From: Octopus sinensis
Lineage: Eukaryota
Direction: 5' to 3'
Assembly: GCF_006345805.1 (NCBI RefSeq)
Contig: NC_043006.1
Location: 90,396,001-90,460,000, forward strand
DNA: 64,000 bases
Below, piece after piece: positions 39,835 to 53,731 of this stretch. The notes below the pieces were generated by a model. The model did not search any database. It had not been told where the DNA came from and was given only the letters and a program-made list of their open reading frames with translations. The stretch's first letter is position 1. Each line of letters opens with the position of its first letter. The position numbers were made by a program, and so were the translations under genes.

Positions 39835-40165
39835 TCACTGAGGAAGTGAACAAGTTTAAGTGTATTGGGACCATATTCATGAATGATGATAGACTGGAGG
39901 TGGCATTGGATGCTAGAATTGCAGGTGCTAATGCAGTAATGCACCATCTCCAGCCTTTGATCCTCAGAAGGGAAGAGGTTGGGAAGATAACCAAACTTAC
40001 TATTTCTAACTCAGTTTTTGTGCTATTGTCATGAATGTGCGTAATGGCTGAGGAAGCTCAATTGGGAACCATAGGAGGTGAAATGGGGTTCCTCTGCAAG
40101 GACTCTGGAGTAATGTCTTTCAACAGAGTAAATAGCTCCGAGATCAGAGAGTCTCTCCAATTAAG
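39835..40165 (+). mobile_element. RTE-type LINE post-RT fragment (distinct family)
   Basis: EEVNKFKCIGTIF...LDARIAGANAVMHHL...EMGFL...[11 protein letters not shown]. Confidence 0.75.
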
Positions 40166-40199
40166 GCTTCTACTTCACACACACATACATATACATAAT

Positions 40200-40224
40200 A
40201 CATATCTATATCTATATCTATATA

Positions 40225-40282
<58 letters not shown>

Positions 40283-40736
40283 TATATATATATATATGAA
40301 TATATATATATATGAATATATATATATATATGAATATATATATATATATGAATATATATATATATGAATATATATATATGAATATATATATATATGAATA
40401 TATATATATATGAATATATATATATATATGAATATATATATATATATGAATATATATATATATGAATATATTATATGAATATATATATATATATGAATAT
40501 ATAATATATATGAATATATATATATAATATATTATATATGAATATATATACGTATTATATATCTATACGTATATATATATATACGTATAGAATATATATA
40601 TATATATATATATATATGATATATATATATATATATGAATTATATATATATGAATATATATACATATATATGTATATATATATATATATGAATATATATA
40701 CATATATATGAATATATACATATATATGTATATATA
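40200..40736. repeat. (TA)n array with periodic GAA interruptions (about 12-16-bp units)
   Basis: Direct inspection; abuts the RTE (CAT)n tail. Confidence 0.95.
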
Positions 40737-42604
40737 TATCATCATCATCATCATCGTTTAACATCCGTTCTCCATGCTAGCATGGGTTGGACGGTTCGAC
40801 TGGGGATCTGGGAAGCCAGAAGGCTGCACCAGGCTCCAGTCTTATCTGGCAATGTTTCTACAGCTGGTTGCCCTTCCTAACGCTAACCACTCCATGAGTG
40901 TAGTGGGTGCTTTTTACGTGCCACCGGCAAGGAAGCCAGTCGAGGCGGCGCTGGCATCGGCCACGATTCGGATAGTGCTTTTTACGTACCACCAGTCCAG
41001 GGGTCCTGGCATCTGCCGGGTTCCAGTCATAGGATTGGTTCAATTTCGATTCCGATTTCATTTGCCCCAACAGGTCTTCACAAGCAAAGGGGGCTGGCAC
41101 GGGTGCCTGTCATCGGATAAAGTTCGATATCAACTTCGCTTGCCTCAACAGGTCTTTGTGTGTCCAAGGGAGGGAAGGCATGCATAAGTGGGCTGGACTC
41201 ACTTGTCCTGCCTGGTCTTCTCACATACAGCATATTTCCAAAGGTCTCGGTCGCTGGTCATTTCCTCAGTGAGGCCTAAAGTTCGAAGGTCGTGCTTCAC
41301 CACCTCGTCCCAGGTTTTCCTGGGTCTACCTCTTCCATGGGTTCCCTCAACTGCCAGGGATTGGCACTTTTTCACACACCTATCTTCATCCATTCTCGCC
41401 ACATGACCATACCAGCGCAATCGTCTTTCTTGCACACCACAACTGATGCTTCTTAGGTACAACATTTCTCTCAAGGTACTAACATTCTGTCGAGTATGTA
41501 GACTGACATTACACATCCATCGGAGCATACTGGCTTCATTCCTCGCAAGCTTACGCATGTCCTCAGCAGTCACGGCCCATGTTTCACTGCCATGTAGCAT
41601 GGCTGTTTGTACACATGCATCATACAGTCTGCCTTTTACTCTGAGCGAGAGGCCTTTAGTCACCAGCAGAGGTAGGATCTCCTTAAACTTTGCCCAGGCT
41701 ATTCTTACTCTAGCAGTTACACTTTTGACGCACCCACCCCTACTACTGACTTGGTCACCTAGATAACAGAAGCTATCAACTACTTCTAGTTTTTCCCCCT
41801 GGAAAGTGACGGAAGTTGTTTTCTGCAGATTTTCAGAGGTTAATGCTCCCGAGCATCTGCCACATACAAAAACTAACTTCCCAGTTAGCCTTCCTTTGAC
41901 ATTGCTGCACCTCTTATGTGTCCATAGCTTACACTGGGTACATCTTATAGAGTTTCTACCTACACCTTTCTACAGATCGAGCAGAGCCATCTTCCTGAAG
42001 ACATTTGTGGATTGTCTACCATCCTACTTATTAGTACTTTGGTTTTAGCTAGGTTGACTCTAAGGCCCCTCGATTCTAAACCCTCCGCCCACACCTGGAA
42101 CTTCTCCACCAGTTCTGATAGTGACTCAGCAATTAGAGCAAGGTTATCAGCATAGAGGAGCTCCCAGGGGCAACCTGTCTTGAATTCCTCCGTAATTGCC
42201 TGGAGGACTATGATAAATAGGAGGGGGCTGAGAACTGAACACTGGTGGACCCCAACCTCTACTTTGAATTCTTCTGTGTACATGTTGCCAACTCTAGCCT
42301 TACTTACGGCATCCCTCTACATGGCTTGCACAGCCCTCACCAGCCGTTCATCTATCCCTAGTTTCCTCATTGACCACCAGATAGGGGATCGGGGGACCCT
42401 GTCAAAGGCTTTCTCCATGTCAACGAAAGCCAGGTACAGGGGCTTATCTTTGGCTAGGTATTTCTCCTGCAGCTGCCTTACCAGGAATATAGCATCAGTG
42501 GTACTTTTCCCTGGCATGAACCCAAACTGCATCTCATCTAAACTAACTCTCTTTCTAATTAGTTGGGCTATGACCCTCTCCGTAACCCCATTACCTGATC
42601 CAAC
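40737..42604 (-). mobile_element. Young RTE-clade LINE (RT through 3' tail), cut by the assembly gap
   Basis: QFGFMPGKSTTDAIF, FVDMEKAFDRVP, LSPLLFIIV, LLYADNL, LHGSETW, ERRLRWYGHV, GRPRKTW; few lesions; (ATG)n tail. Confidence 0.97.
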
Positions 42605-42704
42605 NNNNNNNNNNNNNNNNNNNNNNNNNNNNNNNNNNNNNNNNNNNNNNNNNNNNNNNNNNNNNNNNNNNNNNNNNNNNNNNNNNNNNNNNNNNNNNNN
42701 NNNN
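42605..42704. other. Assembly gap (100 N)
   Basis: Run of N; true size and adjacency unknown. Confidence 1.
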
Positions 42705-43939
42705 ACAAGATAATATTTTCTCTTAGTCTGGACAGGTTTTCATAGGACATGGCAAACAAACACCACCACTTGCATGATGACAAAGTTTGTTTAGTCAGCT
42801 TTTATAGTAAATATACAATGTCAAGAATAGGAGACGCACACACACACACACATGGTTGTAAACATACAACCATACATGTGTCTATATGTGTGTGTACATA
42901 TGTGTTAATACTGAACAGTGAGAATGAGTGCTCAGCAGTGTATTAAAGCATAAATATTCTTTATCTGTGATTTAATGTGGCTACCATTTGTTTCATGTCA
43001 ATAGAAGTCTCTCAACAATTATCAAGCTTGCCATATTGAATCTTCGTACTCATCACCATCTTGGAGATGATATGAAGACGTTATGACCAACACTACAACC
43101 AAGTGACAGGCTCGATAATTGTTGAAAGATTTCTCTTGATATCAAACCAATAAGGATTGCCTTGTTAACCTACAAACAAGGTGTGTGAATGTGTGTGTGA
43201 ATGGATGCATGTATACATGAATGTATGTATATATGGATGTGTGCATGTATGTATATGTGTGTGTGCACACACGCATGTATGTGTGTGTGTGTGTGTATGC
43301 ACATATTTACGTATAACATTTATGAGCAGACCTATTAAGAGAAGCAAGAAAGAGAAGAGACTTGATCAGGGAGAGAGGAAGAAAATCTTGCAAATACTCA
43401 AAGTCATTAATTTTCTGGAATTCCAGTGATTATCTTATAATTGCAGCTCAGATTAAAATTATAGGATTGCAAAGATTTGCAAGCTTTAATTGACTTCTTC
43501 AAAACTGATTTATTTACACATAGAGAATGGATTTTATTCTTTCCCTGACAGTGTCAGCAACTGGTATTAAACTTTGGCACCAGTAAGATAAACAGCAATT
43601 CAAAAAATAATTAAGAGAAATATCCAATGTATTTGAATTTTCAGAAACAGCATATTCCTGAATTTCTTAAATGCATCTTTACAATATTTTGATTGGAAAA
43701 TCTATATATTTGAATTAATAGTAGAGATTGTCCATTTTATGCTTAAATTATAGGAATTCTTTTATATGAAAAGAAGCTCAATAATTGTTAATGTTTGAAA
43801 CAATAATGTTGATTATCTCATTTTGAATCAATTTCACTTTCTGGCCAGCGAACAAACAAAACGAGAAGACAAATTAATATTAAGAGTGTTATTGTCACAA
43901 TCAGTAATGTTTATGGTCTATATTGTGTGATATAATTAG

Positions 43940-43994
43940 AGACTTCGTTTATGACAAATACGAAGATGGAGTGATAGCATCAAGAACAGAGTGG
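43940..43994 (+). CDS. Candidate exon DFVYDKYEDGVIASRTEW
   Basis: TTAG acceptor (weak pyrimidine tract), TGG|GTAAGG donor, one open frame. Confidence 0.3.
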
Positions 43995-44348
43995 GTAAGG
44001 GGCCTAACAGTGTGTAGAACTGCAGTAAAAGACTACAAGGTGTAGCAGGAAGTGAGAGTTGTTTATGAGGCCCCTGACTCACAACAATGCAGAAGGACTA
44101 ATTCATTCATCCATTTGTTCGTGTGTAACCTGATGAGTAAGATGTTATCTTGTACATTTTGTCTTTCCACAATCTTGCCTTTAAATCATTTAATATTAAA
44201 CAAAACAACAACTGCAAAAGAAACTGCCATAAAATTTACTAAACATTGGCAGCCTTTCAGATAATATTAAATCAATTACATCTCAAGGGGATTACTCTGA
44301 GATTTCTTTTTCAGAAAATCTTGGTAAAATATGAAAAGAAAGCATTGA

Positions 44349-44387
<39 letters not shown>

Positions 44388-45602
44388 CTGCAAAGCTGAA
44401 CTTTTAATTACAAAAATGAACAGGATACACTGACACACACAGATACACATTGTATAAAAATGGTAATCATGAATATTAAATTATAATACTGCTATTGAAT
44501 TGTAGACAAATACCATCTCAGAATAACAGAATCCTAATGAGGCACTGACCTCAGAAAAGATGGAAGCAAGGCAACAGAATAGAAAAGAGTGAAAGCAATG
44601 GAAATAAAAGAAGAAAAACAACATAGAAACCATTTTCTGAAGAAAGAGACAAATGAATGTGGTTTGACCTTTTGTTTGCTACGAGAAATCCACAGGGATT
44701 ATTTTTTTAAATTAAAAACAGCGGATAGAAAAATATCAAGCCATAAATCTATATTCTCAATTGTAAGTGATGTTCACCTCTTTAAATTCGTTGTTTGTCT
44801 ACATCAATCTGATATATCAATGAAGGTGTTTTGTGTTAATGACCATAAGGATTAACGATGTGCACAAAGGACCTGCCTGTGTCAGCTGGATAACAGAAGA
44901 ATCAGAATGGTAGCATTTCTAATCCCACCAAATATTAGGAATATAGCATTATCTCCCTTGTACTAGGAGACACCATGTGTTTAATAGTTACTTTCATGAC
45001 AAGTAGGAAACTATTTTATCTTTGTGAAAGGCAGTGGACATAATAGTGAGGTCCAGAAGTTTGCTTTGTAATCATGGTCAAAGCATTCCAAGTGACTGTA
45101 ATTGCAATTTTTCATTCGAAATCATCATCATCATCAAATGTCTGTTTTCCATGCTGGTATGGGTTGCACAATTTAACAGAAGCTGGTAAGGCTGGGAGCC
45201 TAGTTTAAATCTTTTCAAAAGACTTTAGGAAGCATGTTTGTTGAATTATTAGAGTATTCTAAAAAATGCAGTTCCAGTCAGGCTGCGGTTAACTACATGA
45301 GTCTTCCTTGCGGGGTCAATAGAATTACAATCCAGTTGATAAGTGAGGGATGTAGAGCAATGGTTTCGACCAATCCCTTTTCCCTCCAAAATTGCTACCT
45401 TCATGTCTAAATCTGAAACCAATATATTATTCCAACATGCATTCATAATTAGAAAGTGATCAAGTATTTCCTGTCATTGTTTAGCCCGATTGTAACTCAA
45501 ATCCAACAGTCGTACGATCAACCATCTCATGATTTTCGCTATCTTCAGCTACATTAACCACCATGATTTTCCATTTTCAAAAAGGTAGAGTGTATTAGCA
45601 CT

Positions 45603-45832
45603 GGGGTGAGCTGGCAGAAACGTTAGCACGCTGGGAGAAATGCTTTGCGGTATTTCGTCTGCCGTTATGTTGTGAGTTCAAATTCCGCCGAGGTCGACTT
45701 TGCCTTTCATCCTTTCGGGGTCGATAAATTAAGTACCAGTTACGCAATGGGGTCGATGTAATCAACTTAATACCTATGTCTGTCCTTGTTTGTCCCCTCT
45801 GTGTTTAGCCCCTTGTGGGTAATAAAGAAATA
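45603..45832 (+). mobile_element. SINE family B, young copy
   Basis: gagctggcagaaacgttagcac head, GAGTTCAAATTCC B box, ggggtcgataaattaagtaccag core; degraded copies near 14870, 19000-19660, 28200, 35050, 46560, 54320 and 54570. Confidence 0.9.
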
Positions 45833-47018
45833 GGTATTTGGCTGCTATTTCTACAGAGAGGTTCTCTCATTTCTTATTGATGTGCTTTATTTAAATGCCC
45901 AAAACCTTTCGTGGTTCATCATTTTCAAAGACTCTTCTTTAAGTATTCACCAACTAGTTTTAGTCATTTGATTGTGGCCATGCTACAGCTCAGAGTTCAA
46001 ATGTTTTAATCTCTGACATCTTTTCCTGTTATTTATTTTATTGATGGGACAAAGCCATCCTGGAGTAAAGGGATACAGCTATGATAGATCAAAATAACCC
46101 AAGATATTTTCTCATAGTGCTCAAATTTTGCCATCCAGTACCAACACACACACACACACACAATAGACTTCTGCTCAATTTTCTTGCAGGAAGAATCTTG
46201 TAAAATAAAGCACCATGACAGGTTTTAAACATTTAAATAAACCGAGAGAACCTCTGCATGGTTGCTTGATTTGCTAGAAATGGCAACCAAATATCCCACT
46301 CCTATATACATCTTGATTGAAAGATCACATTGGAAAGTCAAGGCCAAGACAGAAGGAAAGATACAATGGCTAAGGCTGTAAAGAATTTAATCATAAGACT
46401 CTTGGGTTTGAGTTACCATTGAGATAACCAACTACAACAACTACAATAAATTCTCTGAATATCACTTTCTAACCCTGAATGCAAGTTGGAACAATAAATT
46501 GGTTTCTGCTTTAAGTGCAAGGTCCACAATTTTTGATAGAAGGGGCAATGGTCAGTTACCTTCACCCACAAACTACCACCACTGCTCCACTTCTTGACTT
46601 GCAGTATATTTTATTGACTCTGAGTGGACGAAAGGTACAGTTGACCTCCACAAAGCATTTTCTCTGATGCTCTACTGATTCAGCAAGCTTGCTGTCTTAA
46701 GTTGGAATAAGGCATTAAAAGTCTTTGAGAATAATTTAAGCCATTTTCTTATTATATATCTATATAGAAATTTAAATAACATTCTAAAATAATTGTGGAT
46801 CCATAAAATATGTTACAATTTATTTATTTATTTATTGTCATTTAAGTGTTTTGGTGTCTAGAACGGATTCAATAAAAAGGTTCTATCTGTAATGGAATTT
46901 TAGTCTCAAAACAACTCTAATTACAGGTAAGTCAGTAAAATATAAACCTATTGAAATTTTGTTTAAATGTTGCCATATGAAATGAGTTATTAGCGAATAT
47001 TCATCAAAGTTATTACAG

Positions 47019-47097
47019 CACAGTAATAGAAGTATGGCTGAATTGGACTTGAAAGAAGAATAGAGAACTTTATTGAGTGCCACAGGTACAGGTCAAG
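47019..47097 (+). CDS. Candidate exon HSNRSMAELDLKEE*RTLLSATGTGQ with in-frame TAG at 47061-47063
   Basis: TTACAG acceptor, AAG|GTAAGA donor; phase-compatible with the flanking candidates. Confidence 0.25.
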
Positions 47098-47483
47098 GTA
47101 AGATAGCTTGAAATGCCATAATGTATGAAAATGGCTGCAGAAAAATATGAAATTAAGTTGCACATTTATACAAAAACTCAAAAACACATACATAAATGCA
47201 TAAACACACACACATGCAACCTTAGTGATTCACAAATATAATTAACTGACTCTCTCTGAACAGGTGAAATAAAATAAGAGGTAAATTCAAATTATAAGTA
47301 ATTAAGATGATTGAAAATTAGATAAGTTTGGAAATAGATCATTTTTATGAAATAATGTATTAAAAGGCCTCATCACATTGTGCATAAAAATCAACCTTTA
47401 ATCCTGTCCCCCTCCCCCCACTGGTCATTTTCTATTGACATCCATCATTCACCTCATGCTATCCAATATTCTCTTTCTCACAG

Positions 47484-47572
47484 CAATCTATTCGAATGAT
47501 GGCACCACAAGAAAATGCATCCAGTACAATTTAAGTGGAGGGTTGAGTCATGTCAGATTTAACAATCTCTAA
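47484..47572 (+). CDS. Candidate exon (A)IYSNDGTTRKCIQYNLSGGLSHVRFNNL*
   Basis: Strong acceptor ttctctttctcacag; the phase-1 frame is the longest open one. Confidence 0.25.
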
Positions 47573-48809
47573 TACAAGTGTCACCAAAAAAATGACAAAA
47601 AATGCACCCAGAAGACTCTGTAAAGTGGTTGATACTATGAATAGCATCCAACTAAAGATGTGAAACCAGACACGAAAGAGATGCAGTCTGCCAAGCCACA
47701 GAGGAGAACAGAAATGAGAGAGCTAAGCCATAACTGGAAACCAGGCATAATGACAATGTTGATGACGATGATAGCTTCTACTTGAAATCTCAGAAGGAAG
47801 ACAAATATTATCGTATGTATTGAGATATCAGTGTTGACCACCGGTTCCATGAGTTGTTGAGCCCTGGATATCTGGTACTGTAAGGTGTAAGCCCAAAGAA
47901 AATGTTATAGAACCGTAGTGACTCACATTTTTTCTGAGCTTGTCTCAATGTGATGCCATTGCATTTCAGAATTTGAAAATATGAAATTATATTCTAACAA
48001 AAGAAAATTCTGAGAACACAAATTCCATGCTTTATAAGACTGGCAGGCAATATAAAGCAAGACTTGATCAAGAGAAATCATTTGTTATCATTATTGTAAT
48101 AACATGATTTATGTCAATATTTCGAATTCAATATTAATGGGTAAATCTGTATGCGTGTGTTTGGTTAGGAAAATGTTCATTAAAGATAGCTTGAAATTGT
48201 TAATTATGTTTGGTTAGAGCGGGTATTAGTTATAAAGCTGATCATAAATTGTAGAAGAGTTAGAATTCTGATTGGTTTCAGTTTCTAAGCTTATGTCAAG
48301 AATTTCCAAGTAATCCTGCTTGATCAAATGATTGGTATGCTAATAATAAACTTGCCAATGACTGGATAATTAATGAATTCAGTGACTTAGATATCTGTGT
48401 TTAAATCTGACAATACTTCATCTGTCTGAAGTCAATATAATTATCATTATCAGCATTATTATTATTATGATTATTATTATTATTATTATTACCATTATTA
48501 GTATATTACTGCCTTGTCTTATTTCTTTCACTTCATTACATTCTAGGTTTAAATCCTGCAGAGGTCTGCATAATCTTTTAACTTCCTGGGGTGAAGAGAA
48601 CTGACGACCAACTTACAGTATGTAAAACTCTGTTGTTTCTCATTTGTTTCTCTCATTTTCTCAACTTTTCCACTGAAGAAGGACTGTCTCCAAAGTTCCG
48701 CATAGCAATAAGTTCATTTCACTGTTTTTATTAATTTCAATACATAAGTCTTGTAGACACAGACCAACACCAGCCTCTTTGAAGCCTTTTAGAATACACA
48801 CTCACACAC

Positions 48810-49490
48810 ATAATATAGAGGATGTTCAGGCAAAAATTTGTCAGTTTACATAAAATGATGAGAAAACAAATATCCCATCCAAAAATAAAGAATTTAAAAA
48901 AAACCCCAAAATATCAAAACTAGATTATGGCTGGGAGATAGCAGTTTACTCAAAGTTGTTGGCTTCAACTTGCACCCCAACTTAAAGACAACTCTCAAAC
49001 CTGGTGCATTCATTCCTCACTGTATCCTAAGGGAAATCTTCAAACTCCTCTTTGATCTTGGCCACCAGCTCCGCCGTGCTGCTGCGAGCAGAGTGGCTAG
49101 TGTCTTTCTAGTTAGACCATGTCCTACACATAGTAATCTATGGCATTACAATTGGAGGAATTAGGAGGCCAGGAATTGGGGCTAGTGAAATTGTAGAGAT
49201 TCTGGAGGCAGTTCAAGGAGCCAAATCCTATTGCAGCACATATGGCCTTCCTGTAACAACCCTCTTCAGCCAGAGATTGATTACAGTCTACAGCAGCTCC
49301 ACATAGCCAACTAAATTGAACCTAAGGCCCTATGAGGATGTATTCTGGCATGAAGACACAGTCAGAATGCCTGCCTTGTCCATTCCTGGTGGCCACAATT
49401 TTGTAATCTCCATTGCAGCTGTCCATATCATGTCCAATAGCCTTTACATCATTCACGGGCTGTTCCTCAATACATCAAGCTGTTCCCGTA
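48810..49490 (-). mobile_element. Degraded Tc1/mariner DD37D (maT-like) remnant
   Basis: FTSPNSWPPNSSNCNAIDYYV matches WPPNSPDCNPxDYYVW; TIR-like end near 48812. Confidence 0.75.
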
Positions 49491-49577
49491 AAAAGGAGAC
49501 AAAAGAAATTATCAAATTTAGCCCAAATACCCTAGATATATATATATATATGTGTGTGTGTGCGTGTATATACACCC

Positions 49578-49612
<35 letters not shown>

Positions 49613-50689
49613 CACACACACACACAAACATATTTATGAATATATGTGTGAATTTCTAATTGATCTTATTCCTAAGGCAGGAGATCCAGTTTCAAACTCA
49701 TTGTGTGACAGTTTAGGCTAGTACCTCATACCACAGCATCGGTTCAACCAAAGCTGTAGGAGCAAAACTAGGTTGAAAAATACAGCATGGAGCCCTGTTA
49801 GGTCAACTGGTCCTTTTCTTCAGTGGCACCTTAATCTTAAAACAAATCTCATTTATCTAACCCCACCTTGTTGCAAATTTAAGAAACTCCCAAGAAGAAT
49901 CATTAGTGATGTTAGTCCTCATCTGACAGTCATGTTTCTTTAAATACTAATGATAAATGAACTTAATGTCCTCCTCCTCCTTCTTCAAGTGGTTGCAACC
50001 AAAATGCATCATGGCACATCAGGACACGTTTACCCACCATGGTAGGTCATCATTTTTATGTTGTCAGTTTCTGTCAATAACATTAATGTGTAGCATAATC
50101 TTTATCCAATCCTGAGGTGCCAATGTCTTCTTGAAATATTTGGAAATTTTCTCTTATTTAAGGCAATTAGGTGCAAACATGGCCATGTGGATAAGGAATT
50201 TCACTTCACCACCATGTGGTCTTCAGTCCCATGGAACAGAAATTGAGGAACAAGTGTCACAATGTTCACCTTTTCTAATTGCCCTGGGCTGAGCAATGCC
50301 TTGGGAATGAAGTTGTTGGAGAGGAATCACAAGAAAACCTGTTCCGTGTGTGTGGTTATTTGAGTGTGAAAGCTGTCATCTCCACAAGAGATCATCTGAG
50401 AAAAGCAAAAATGGTGTCATGTTTACTGTACTCTTGAAACAGGAACAAAAAACATTCTTGCTTTTACAACCAGAAATGATTGGTAACAAGAACAGCATCC
50501 AGCCATGAAAAGAATGCCTTAAATATAATAACCAGAAAATAGCATAGAAAAATAGACATGAAAAAAAATGAAAGGATAAACTTTTAGACTTAAATATCCA
50601 GAACAAAAACAAACAAAAATGAGAGTGAATCTTTCTTATCAAAACAAAACCAAACATATTCCATTTATGAATGGTTTTGGTGTCAACAG

Positions 50690-50815
50690 AGGCATTAAGC
50701 AGACTGTCAAGATGCTGACCATTTCTGCAAGATGCAGGATCAGGACGGTGCTTATTGAGTTTAATTCTCTCTCCAGCTCTTTGGTCAATCCCTTGAAGGC
50801 CACAGGTTCTGTCCC
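50690..50815 (-). mobile_element. R4/Dong-like C-terminal remnant
   Basis: VGGTEPVAFKGLTKELERE...AEMVSILTVCL resembles GALGTVxKGL...SARILRRVL. Confidence 0.45.
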
Positions 50816-50844
50816 TCCTACAGACTAATTCATGGTGTGTGTGT

Positions 50845-51200
50845 GTGTGTGTGGGGGGGGGGGTTATGTAGTCAAGGAGTTCACTTTGCAACCACACTGT
50901 ATTGGGTTCAGTCCCACACCAAGCCACATTGGGAAGTGTTGTCTACTTTTCTCCCCAGCTCAACTTATGGCTTATGATTGTATTTAGTAGATGGAAACTG
51001 CATGGAAGCCCCTCACATGTGTGTATGTCCCACCACCACTTGACAACTGGGGTCTTTGTAACTTAGTGGTTCAACAAAATGTACTGACAGAATAAATACC
51101 AGGTTTAAAATTACTGAGTCTTGGGGTTGAGCTATTTGACTAAAACTCCTTAAGGTGATGCCCCAGCATGGCCACAGTCCAATGAGGGAAACACATAAAA
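50845..51200 (+). mobile_element. SINE family A, degraded copy
   Basis: gggttcagtccc head, gatggaaactg core, ccccagcatggccacagtcc end. Confidence 0.75.
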
Positions 51201-51969
51201 GACATGGAAAGATGGTGCCCCTTATACGACAGCTTTCTTGTCTTTGTAAAGAAACTTAAAATATAACCTTAGTCGCGTTTTGCTTTTGTCATTAATATTT
51301 TAAATAACACCAAATTGAATTCTTTGGTTAATTAAACTAATTATCACAAGTGATTTATTTTTTTGTTAGAATAATATTCTTAATGCATATCAAATCAGAC
51401 TGTTTACTTTATTCTGTTTTACTTTCAATATCTCATTATTGGTTAAAAATAAAAATAAAATGTTTTGCACATTTGCAAACATCTGAAATATTACTGAAGC
51501 TTGTTTTTTTAACCAAGTTTTAAATGTGTTGCGTTTTGTCTTTTTCTTTTCTTTTATGGCAACACGGGTATATGGGGAAAATGGAATTAAAAAAAAAAAA
51601 GGAGTATTGATGATTATAAACATTCCCTGATTCACCCTCTGATTTCTAACCTCACTGTCAGATCGTTTTTTTATTCCTCCCCTACACCTCCTTTATCAAA
51701 TTAACCTTCTACAAACCAATAAGGAACAAAAGATTTCATGTAAATGTTTGACAAAACATCAAAAATCAATTTCAAAATGGAAGTCATATACTATTGATAA
51801 ACATTAATGTAAACAGCATTATGGATTATCAATACGTAAGTATTTCTAATGAGTTTGGGGAAAACTTTTGCAAGACATTGCAAATAAAAAAAATTCTGTG
51901 TGTGTGTGTGTATATAAATATATGTATATATATATATATATATAAATATTTATATATATATATATATAT

Positions 51970-52001
<32 letters not shown>

Positions 52002-52033
52002 ATATTTATATATATTTTTTTATTTGCAATGTC

Positions 52034-52078
52034 CAACCCATGCTAGCATGGAAAACAGACGTTAAATGATGATGATGA

Positions 52079-52082
<4 letters not shown>
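52034..52082 (+). mobile_element. About 50-bp RTE 3' tail insertion
   Basis: caacccatgctagcatggaaaacagacgttaaa(tga)n. Confidence 0.85.
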
Positions 52083-52121
<39 letters not shown>

Positions 52122-52779
52122 TATATATAATATAATATATATATAATATATAAATATATATATATAATATATATATATATATATAATAATATATATATAT
52201 ATATATATAATATATAATATATATATATATATATAATATATATATATAATATAAATATATAATATATATAATATATATATATATATATATAATATATAAT
52301 ATATATATATTAGATAAATATATATATATATATAAATGTATATAATATATAATTTAAATAATATATATAAATATATATAATATATATAAATATATATAAC
52401 TATATATATATTAAAATAAATATAATATATATAATATATATATTATATATATAATATATAATAATATTAATATATATATAATAATTAATATATTTATAAT
52501 ATATAATATATATATATAATATATATATATATTATATATAGATTATATAATAATATATATATATAATATATATATATCAATATAAATATATATAATATAT
52601 AGATAATATATAATATATATAAATATATATATATATATATAATAATATATATAATATATATAATAATATATAATATATATATATAATATATATATAATAT
52701 ATAATATATATATATATATATAATATATAATATATATATAATATAAATAATATATATATATATATATTAATATATATAT

Positions 52780-52819
<40 letters not shown>

Positions 52820-52857
52820 CTAAATATAATTAATATATATTATATATATATATAATA

Positions 52858-52900
<43 letters not shown>

Positions 52901-52945
52901 TATATAAATATATAATTATATATATATATAAATATATAATAATAA
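52083..52945. repeat. About 860-bp degenerate (TA)n expansion
   Basis: Almost exclusively A/T. Confidence 0.97.
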
Positions 52946-53282
52946 ATATTAGGGAATAAATCCAAATTTACAGGGAAAAATCAGATTTAGGATTAAATCG
53001 ATTTTATAGTAAAATATTATAAAATATTATTCGAGACAAAACCACTATTTTGCAAAACAAACAAGGAAAGACATAATCAATACATAAATTTTAATAAATA
53101 GTCAAAAAAACCGCCACTACAATCGTTTCTTGTCTTGATCGACAATCTTCAGGTGGACTTCCAATAATTCAGTGTCAAATTATGAAGTGCTATTTATTTG
53201 ACTATTTATTAAAATTTATGTATTGATTAAGTCTTTCCTTGTTTGTTTTGCAAAATAGTGGTTTTGTCTCGAATAATATTTA
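52946..53282 (-). mobile_element. Penelope-type terminal fragment with inverted 5' copy of its 3' end
   Basis: 84-bp inverted repeat (53023-53106 / 53197-53280, 1 mismatch) around a hammerhead motif. Confidence 0.75.
53114..53157 (-). ncRNA. Minimal type I hammerhead ribozyme, motif-complete
   Basis: CCAC-CUGAAGA-UUGUC(gaucaa)GACAA-GAAA-C(gauu)G-UA-GUGG: stems I, II and a 2-bp III, GUA cleavage triplet. Confidence 0.8.
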
Positions 53283-53320
53283 TATATATATAATATATAT
53301 ATATTATATATATATATATA

Positions 53321-53731
53321 TTACTCTTACTCTCTTTTACACTTTTAGTTGTTTCAGTCATTTGACTGCGGCCATGCTGGAGCACCGCCTTTAGTCGAGC
53401 AAATCGACCCCGGGACTTATTCTTTGTAAGCCCAGTACTTATTCTATCGGTCTCTTTTGCCGAACCGCGAAGTGACGGGGACGTAAACACACCAGCATCG
53501 GTTGTTAGGCAATGCTAGGGGGACAAACACAGACACACAAACACATATATATATATATACATATATACGACAGGTTTCTTTCAATTTCCGTCTACCAAAT
53601 CCACTCACAAGGCATTGGTCGGCCTGGGGCTATAGCAGAAGACACTTGCCCAAGATGCCACGCAGTGGGACTGAACCCGGAACTATGTGGTTGGTTAGCA
53701 AGCTACTTACCACACAGCCACTCCTGCGCCT
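53321..53731 (-). mobile_element. SINE family A, young full-length copy
   Basis: Same subfamily variants as 29084-29470. Confidence 0.95.

Noticed and set aside
44500-44860. K/E/R-rich decayed exon of a pseudogene
   Set aside because: Stop density is what random purine-rich AT-rich DNA gives; not evidence of past coding
48670-48700. CTGAAGA hammerhead-like box
   Set aside because: No GAAA box or stems
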